Below, one piece after another: positions 14,810 to 20,000 of a stretch of DNA of 20,000 nt. The stretch lies in IMG/VR virus record IMGVR_UViG_3300018878_000143. One strand, 5' to 3'. Both the position numbers and the translations under genes were made by a program. Numbering within the stretch: position 1 is the first letter of the stretch; every line of letters starts with the position of its first letter. A model generated the notes under the pieces. The model was not told where the DNA came from. It did no database searches and was given only the letters and a program-made list of their open reading frames with translations. The DNA is from an uncultured virus (IMG/VR IMGVR_UViG_3300018878_000143). Its lineage: Duplodnaviria > Heunggongvirae > Uroviricota > Caudoviricetes.

Positions 14810-15598
14810 TTACAGCACAGTTATCTTTTTGTGGCAACCACGATAAATGCTGTCTGTAGTATAAATATGCTCGATAAGGTCACTGCTAAGCAGCTCTCCG
14901 TTGAAGATTGTATTCTCACAGTGAGTAATGTACAGGAACACTTTTCCTGCGCCCGCTTCTTTCAAAGCCTTAGCAGTATGCATAAATGTACCGCCACGAG
15001 AACAAATGTCATCGACGATAAGAACAGTTCTTCCACGAACCTTATCTGCTCCAACCAATTCAAACTTCTGGATATTGCCGGTGCGCCAGTCTCGGTGTTT
15101 AATGCCAAACACATATTCTCCCTTGATCTGGTCAGAATACTTCTTTGTTGCCCCTTCATCTGGGTAGCAGAACAAGACTTCGTCCTTGTTCGCCCCAATG
15201 AGATTAATGGTAGCTCTTACATTCGCCCCAACACCCTTAATGTCAACTCTGTCGATTAGTGCAGCGCTTACATTAGAATGAGGGTCTTCGACAAAGACTT
15301 TTGTGAAGTTGAGGGCATTAATAAACTCTGCAAACCACTTCAGTGTAAACACCTCGTCGCACGCCTTGACTCTGTCCATTCTTGCATTTGGAATGTAGGG
15401 CAAGAATAAAAAGATACAAGTTTCGGGATCATTGGCACGAATATGATGAACCAAATGCCAAATAATGATACATTCGTGATCCCCGTCAAACTTCCATTCA
15501 ATAATGTTTTTACCACTTCCATAGTTTTCGCATCTCATAGACGAAGTGCCATCAGGGAACTGCGTACAATTGACAATACAACCATTGACTGTAATCAT
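14810..15598 (-). CDS. prs: ribose-phosphate pyrophosphokinase-like protein (Adps-like)
   Basis: FPDG, LPYIPNARMDR, DPHS, PDEGA, K.RDWRTGNI, PRPP-binding VDDICSRGGTF, YITH, TTDS; short (262 aa). Confidence 0.88.
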   Translation of the reverse strand: MITVNGCIVNCTQFPDGTSSMRCENYGSGKNIIEWKFDGDHECIIIWHLVHHIRANDPETCIFLFLPYIPNARMDRVKACDEVFTLKWFAEFINALNFTKVFVEDPHSNVSAALIDRVDIKGVGANVRATINLIGANKDEVLFCYPDEGATKKYSDQIKGEYVFGIKHRDWRTGNIQKFELVGADKVRGRTVLIVDDICSRGGTFMHTAKALKEAGAGKVFLYITHCENTIFNGELLSSDLIEHIYTTDSIYRGCHKKITVL

Positions 15599-15601
15599 AC
15601 C

Positions 15602-16147
15602 TTATGCTCCTTCGATATTGATTTGGCACATTTTCATTGCCTCTAATGCATTCTTATGGCTTTCCGGAGTAACACCGGCACAGCAAGATGCATCAACAGT
15701 GATCTTCACTTCGGGCATGAACGCCTTGATAAGCATAGCGTTGGAGATAACACAGATATCGGTACACAGACCAACAAGGACTACCTCGTCAACTTTTTCC
15801 TTTCTATCGATCTGAGTCAGCCAGTCAGCCAATTCAACAGAGCCGAATGTAGGTTTAAGAAAAACCTCGGATCTTACTCCGCCCTGGACTCTTTTATCCA
15901 ACGCTTCGAATACAGGCGCCGCCAACATCCATCCCTCGGTGTCTTCGATACAATGAATCACAGGCAGGTTCTCCCCCTCCTGCGTATCGATATAGTTTGA
16001 ATGATGTGTGTCATGCGTTACTGCAAAAATTCCATCAAAAGTATTGATCTTCTCGACAACCTTGGGAACGATTGCAACGGCATCCGCTGTGCCCAATGCT
16101 CCATCCACAAAGTCGTTTTGCATATCAACAACAACAAGGATTTTCAT
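15602..16147 (-). CDS. pncA: nicotinamidase/pyrazinamidase (isochorismatase family)
   Basis: VVDMQNDF, metal ligands DTH and HC, catalytic K and GLCTDICV; located in NAD module. Confidence 0.88.
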   Translation of the reverse strand: MKILVVVDMQNDFVDGALGTADAVAIVPKVVEKINTFDGIFAVTHDTHHSNYIDTQEGENLPVIHCIEDTEGWMLAAPVFEALDKRVQGGVRSEVFLKPTFGSVELADWLTQIDRKEKVDEVVLVGLCTDICVISNAMLIKAFMPEVKITVDASCCAGVTPESHKNALEAMKMCQINIEGA

Positions 16148-16173
16148 ATGTACATACCACCTTAATTAAATAT

Positions 16174-16485
16174 TTATTTTGAGTTGTAATGAGTCCACAC
16201 ATAATCTACAAATGCATCCCAACAATTCATTACTTGCCAGTACACATCTACCTTCTTTGGCTTGTTAATCTGGCTTCCGCACCATGGTGCAATAATAGTT
16301 TCCCATTCGCACTTACTCCAGAAGTAATATAGCAAGGACGACTCTAATTTTATGGCAAAGTCATATTTGTTCTTGCACTTCTTGTGCGCATCCTCAATAT
16401 CCTTAAAAAATCCACTGTGCTCAAAGATGTTAAAAACCTCTATTGAATCTTTATTGGGATCATGGTAGAACACATTCCATTTCAC
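16174..16485 (-). CDS. hypothetical phage protein
   Basis: likely GTG start overlapping upstream TAG (TAGTG); YYFWSKCEWE...KVDVYWQV motif. Confidence 0.8.
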   Translation of the reverse strand: MKWNVFYHDPNKDSIEVFNIFEHSGFFKDIEDAHKKCKNKYDFAIKLESSLLYYFWSKCEWETIIAPWCGSQINKPKKVDVYWQVMNCWDAFVDYVWTHYNSK

Positions 16486-16739
16486 TATGATGCTTCCTTC
16501 TTCCTTGCATTTTTGATTTCGCTCAAAAACATTTCCGCCGGCCAACAATCGGCCCCGTTGTTGATTTCTATGTACACAATTTCTTCTTCGTCATCAACAA
16601 TATGTCCTGCAGCGATATGAGAAACACCAGACCATGCGAACCATACTTTATCGCCCTTTTGTACCTGATTAGCAGGAACCACAAGTTCCTTTTTATTGCG
16701 CTCTACAAGTACCGGAATTTCGTACCATTCACTTCTCAT
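16485..16739 (-). CDS. hypothetical protein (84 aa)
   Basis: ORF track; AGGGGGA RBS. Confidence 0.75.
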   Translation of the reverse strand: MRSEWYEIPVLVERNKKELVVPANQVQKGDKVWFAWSGVSHIAAGHIVDDEEEIVYIEINNGADCWPAEMFLSEIKNARKKEAS

Positions 16740-16765
16740 AACATCCCCCTAATTTGCTCATCAAA

Positions 16766-17041
16766 CTAACCTTTCATATTCACTTTTTGGTAGCACGCTT
16801 CACAAATATTCTTTGCAATGCAAGCGTTACCAACACCGCCGCGCAGTTCTGCGCTGTTGCTCTCCACAAATATCCCGTGTTCATTTGTGGTTACCTTTGG
16901 ATAAATAATTTTTCCACACCACTCACAAACAAACGACCCTTTAACATAGGTTTCAACAAACAGTTGTGCCGCATTTTCCGTCGCTTCTTCAAGCGTAATA
17001 TCTCCCCAAAAGTACGGTGCCAAAGCATCTGTGATATTCAT
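16766..17041 (-). CDS. small zinc-ribbon protein
   Basis: CEWCG...CEAC; GGAGG RBS. Confidence 0.75.
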   Translation of the reverse strand: MNITDALAPYFWGDITLEEATENAAQLFVETYVKGSFVCEWCGKIIYPKVTTNEHGIFVESNSAELRGGVGNACIAKNICEACYQKVNMKG

Positions 17042-17065
17042 TAGGGCAGACCTCCAATTTCTACA

Positions 17066-17317
17066 TTACTCTGGTATGCATATCGTATATATGGTCTGAT
17101 CTTCATCTATGCTTCCCGTAGAGAACTCATATATTTGGTGGAAGTCTTTTATCTCGCTCACTGCACTCGCATCAATCCCTGAAACTTTTGGAAAAACAAT
17201 ATTGGCCTCTACTTCTCTACCGTCATATATGAGTTTGCATCCAGTAAACTCTATTTTAGATGTACAATCATCATTCTGAGTAATGATTACCTTTTTACAA
17301 CCGCCAATGAAATGCAA
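17066..17317 (-). CDS. hypothetical protein
   Basis: likely TTG start 17317 after AGGAGTG (ORF track 17066-17398). Confidence 0.7.
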   Translation of the reverse strand: MHFIGGCKKVIITQNDDCTSKIEFTGCKLIYDGREVEANIVFPKVSGIDASAVSEIKDFHQIYEFSTGSIDEDQTIYTICIPE

Positions 17318-17328
17318 ACCGTTCACTC

Positions 17329-17916
17329 CTATTTGATAATAATCTCGTCTCTGCCATCTGTACACAGGATACGGAATGGACGCTGGACACCGCAACAATA
17401 TTGTTCAGCTGCCTCTAATGCTTTGAGGATCTTTTCCTCCGGCGGCATGTCCAAATCCTTTGTAGTGAGAAGACTTCCCATTGCAACTTTTTCGCCACAC
17501 CCTACTGCGCAAATTCCAAGCTCCGGCTCAAGTACTGAATAGTCGCCCTGTACTTCAAATACCTTGCCGGGGGTTGCCACAATAAAATTTCCGCCACGGT
17601 CTTTTTCGCCCTCATGTACCACACCATCTTTGAACAAAGCTATTACTCTGGGAATAAATTTAGTAACCATAAATCTATGGTCAATTTCCGTCTTTTTAAG
17701 TAAATCAACCTCATCGAATAAACTGTCTGAGTACTTTAGCAAATCCAAATGTCTGAACGTCGTCGTTCCGCCAATCAGAACGTTGTCGAACGTGTTGTTT
17801 CTAAATACTTTAGATGGCATCTCGACAGCTTTTGTGTATCCATTGCTACCAAGGCTGTCTCCGCCAATCCATGAAACTCCATTTTTTCGATCCGCAAATC
17901 CTATAATACAGGTCAA
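17329..17916 (-). CDS. HslV/proteasome beta-like N-terminal threonine (Ntn) hydrolase
   Basis: TTG start after GGAGTG gives MTCIIG..; GGDS, conserved K (PSKVF), AVGCG in place of AIGSG, ALEAA. Confidence 0.75.
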   Translation of the reverse strand: MTCIIGFADRKNGVSWIGGDSLGSNGYTKAVEMPSKVFRNNTFDNVLIGGTTTFRHLDLLKYSDSLFDEVDLLKKTEIDHRFMVTKFIPRVIALFKDGVVHEGEKDRGGNFIVATPGKVFEVQGDYSVLEPELGICAVGCGEKVAMGSLLTTKDLDMPPEEKILKALEAAEQYCCGVQRPFRILCTDGRDEIIIK

Positions 17917-17947
17917 ACATTTCACTCCAATTCTTTATATATCTGTA

Positions 17948-18301
17948 TCACTCAATGGCGTCCGGGCAGTTTCTCTCATCATCATCGAACTTATCGAGTT
18001 GCTCAATATACCAAGAGCGTATGGTTTCGATAGCATCACCTGCTTCTGGGCCGTATTGCAATAACAACAGGCCACAATTCTCATCGAGCTCATCAAGAAA
18101 AAGTTCAATTGTTTCTATAGCTTCCCAAACAGGATCTACCTTTTGCTTATATGCTGTGGCACCATTAGCTATATCTATGAGTAGTCTGGTAAATTCCCTA
18201 TTGTCTTGCTCTGAATTTGTCCCCAAAAGTGCACCTCTTATGTGGTTGATAAGCTTTTCATTGATATCTTGCGCGGCGTTCGACTTCCGATCATTCTTCA
18301 T
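17948..18301 (-). CDS. hypothetical protein
   Basis: likely ATG 18301 after GGAGG. Confidence 0.75.
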   Translation of the reverse strand: MKNDRKSNAAQDINEKLINHIRGALLGTNSEQDNREFTRLLIDIANGATAYKQKVDPVWEAIETIELFLDELDENCGLLLLQYGPEAGDAIETIRSWYIEQLDKFDDDERNCPDAIE

Positions 18302-18572
18302 ATAAGCCTCCAGAAATGTCGAGTTCACCAACACTCTTAATACCGAAAATCTTAATGAACTTCTCGCCTTCCCACCAATCATACAGGAATTCAACATCGT
18401 CAAATCCCATTGGTGACGCAACTTGCTTTGTTAGCTCGTATGTATCTCCATCGTAAGAAATACCGATAGAGACAATGACAGTATCTTCTACGTTGTGTTT
18501 CCAATACTTTCTGATGTATTCACCCACGACATCGTATCCGTTCTGTCCATGCTCTAATTTAATATCTACCAT
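18291..18572 (-). CDS. hypothetical protein
   Basis: likely ATG 18572 after AAAGGAG; DWWEGE motif. Confidence 0.75.
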   Translation of the reverse strand: MVDIKLEHGQNGYDVVGEYIRKYWKHNVEDTVIVSIGISYDGDTYELTKQVASPMGFDDVEFLYDWWEGEKFIKIFGIKSVGELDISGGLYEE

Positions 18573-18647
18573 ATTTGAATTATCTCCTTTGTAAGCAGTT
18601 TTGCCTCGTTTTTTGTGTAACCAAGAGCTAAAAATCATCATACAAGC

Positions 18648-18830
18648 TTATAAAGCACCTTCGTAATCATGCCGCATCCCGGCAATTTCATATCCTTCTT
18701 TTTCAAGATTTTCTGCGTGTTCGAGCATCTGTCGCAAAAAATCTACACGGTCAGAAGACTCAATTTCAATTGTATCGACGCAACTTATACTATCTTCCCA
18801 ATATGTAACGACAGTTCGTCTTGTGTCCAT
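18648..18830 (-). CDS. hypothetical protein (60 aa)
   Basis: ORF track; AAAGG upstream. Confidence 0.7.
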   Translation of the reverse strand: MDTRRTVVTYWEDSISCVDTIEIESSDRVDFLRQMLEHAENLEKEGYEIAGMRHDYEGAL

Positions 18831-18836
18831 ACCAAA

Positions 18837-18998
18837 TCAGCCTTTCATCCGTTCTAATGCGCTAAGAAGAATATTAGAGCAGAGTTTATAAGCACCATCA
18901 TAACTGCCGGTAAGTTTGATGATGTTAGCCTGTTTGTTTGCCATATTGCGAGATTGTCCTAATGCCATCATCTTTTTCACAAACCTCTTCCTACTCAA
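18837..18998 (-). CDS. small basic hypothetical protein (53 aa)
   Basis: GAGGAGG RBS, TTG start; MSRKRFVKKMMALGQSRNMANKQ...; fills the gap; below ORF-track cutoff. Confidence 0.7.
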   Translation of the reverse strand: MSRKRFVKKMMALGQSRNMANKQANIIKLTGSYDGAYKLCSNILLSALERMKG

Positions 18999-19012
18999 GT
19001 GTCATACCCTCC

Positions 19013-19366
19013 TCAGTCTTTTGCCCATTTTCGTTCTTCGGACCACAAATCAATGCCAGCCCATTTCAACGCATGATAAAATGAATTTGAAATCCCATGA
19101 TTATCATGACAAGCCCAGGCCAGTGCCATGCTCATATATCGCAAGCTTTCTTGATTTGGCTCTTTTATGTATCTACCAAGATGCAGCCAGAACAGCTCTG
19201 ACATATCGCCGCTATCCCACGACTTAAAATCTGAGCATTTCTGGAGCGTCTTCGACTTGGCAATTACTTCGTCTTCTTTTCGTTTCTGTCGGCATTCCTT
19301 ACACAGCGGTCCAACACCTGAAAGTATGGTGTGTGTAGGAGCTCCGCAGTTTACACATTCTTCCAT
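19013..19366 (-). CDS. hypothetical protein with N-terminal zinc ribbon
   Basis: CVNCG...LCKEC; likely ATG 19366 after GAGGTG. Confidence 0.75.
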   Translation of the reverse strand: MEECVNCGAPTHTILSGVGPLCKECRQKRKEDEVIAKSKTLQKCSDFKSWDSGDMSELFWLHLGRYIKEPNQESLRYMSMALAWACHDNHGISNSFYHALKWAGIDLWSEERKWAKD

Positions 19367-19377
19367 ATATACACCTC

Positions 19378-19695
19378 TTAGACTGTACTCTTGAGCCATT
19401 CAAGACAATGCTTCTCACATTGCTCGTCGCACTTTTCTTCTCGAAACAACGGCTCGTTGTCAAGTCGTCTATGCTCAGAACACAAGTGACAATCCCACCC
19501 TATTTCAACAAGGTATTTTGCCATCTTTTCATCTGGCATCACCCTGATACAATCTGCCTTGGTTTGTTTTGCATTGGCGTTATAATGCTTTTCATACTCA
19601 ACTAGACAATCTCCAAACAAAGGGCGGGCAACTGCAGAGCAGGGCAACCGCGTTTCTTTTCCATTCATTTTACACCGGGCAACCACTGTCAACAC
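19378..19695 (-). CDS. hypothetical Cys-rich phage protein
   Basis: T.AD.IR.M.DE.MA.YL...C..C...C...CLEWLK phage pattern; start uncertain (about 19695-19668). Confidence 0.7.
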   Translation of the reverse strand: MLTVVARCKMNGKETRLPCSAVARPLFGDCLVEYEKHYNANAKQTKADCIRVMPDEKMAKYLVEIGWDCHLCSEHRRLDNEPLFREEKCDEQCEKHCLEWLKSTV

Positions 19696-20000
19696 CCACT
19701 TCCTTTGTCTGTGTGTGTTCAATGTTAAACTCATCCCTGATCTTCATCAGGATCTTGCCGAGCCGATTCTCTCCCACTCCGTCACACATCCCCCAAACTC
19801 GATCTCCCCACGTATTTCCCTCAATGAGTTCCGCGTTACCGGTCATTAACAGGAGAACCGCAAGACTAGAATTCTGGGAGAATTTTGCTTTACAAACTTC
19901 GTACATAACATCATCCTTGATGTCTTCCCAGTCAGTACGGAGATGAACGCGTCTACCAAGTCGTTTGGCCTCCGACGGGTTTAGTCCACAAAACTCCTGC
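19670..20000 (-). CDS. NADAR (YbiA-like) family protein, partial (5' end outside window)
   Basis: frame open to window edge: PSEAKRLGRRV.LR.DWE..K..VM....AKFSQN...LL.TG...LIEGNTWGDRVWG....GENRLGKILM.IR. Confidence 0.92.
   Translation of the reverse strand, partial: QEFCGLNPSEAKRLGRRVHLRTDWEDIKDDVMYEVCKAKFSQNSSLAVLLLMTGNAELIEGNTWGDRVWGMCDGVGENRLGKILMKIRDEFNIEHTQTKEVGVDSGCPV

Noticed and set aside
350..19946. Remaining plus-strand ORFs in the track
   Set aside because: All overlap better-supported minus-strand genes or tRNAs and show no protein motifs
1..20000. CRISPR array, transposase, integrase or structural phage genes
   Set aside because: No regularly spaced direct repeats or recognisable motifs seen; phage origin is inferred from gene content and organisation, not from hallmark virion genes

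Overview
A 20-kb accessory region of a large phage (or phage-like element) that most likely infects Firmicutes/Clostridia. All credible genes lie on the minus strand, tightly packed, with strong GGAGG/AGGTG ribosome-binding sites, frequent TTG/GTG starts and the standard genetic code. In transcription order (right to left): a partial NADAR-family gene; small hypothetical genes; an HslV/proteasome-beta-like Ntn hydrolase; a five-gene NAD module (nicotinamidase PncA, PRPP-synthetase-like/Adps-like, NAMPT/Namat-like phosphoribosyltransferase, small HAD protein, NH3-dependent NadE); an ATP-dependent DNA ligase; a DUF5662-like protein; a lipoprotein; two tRNA clusters (Leu-TAG, Leu-TAA, Lys-TTT, Ser-TGA; Gly-TCC, Ser-GCT) with a tRNA-like oddity and several structured spacer RNAs; an HPr-like protein; a gp88-like Cys-rich protein; and a group I cysteine desulfurase. 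The best candidate for an undescribed system is the NAD module. It resembles the NARP1 anti-defence pair, but it adds PncA and NadE, has no NMN/NaMN adenylyltransferase in the window, and has Ala at the position I align by eye to the nicotinamide-selecting Asp219 of NAMPT. This suggests NAD+ is rebuilt from ADP-ribose through deamidated intermediates (nicotinate, NaAD). Family assignments come from motif recognition by eye; no searches were run.
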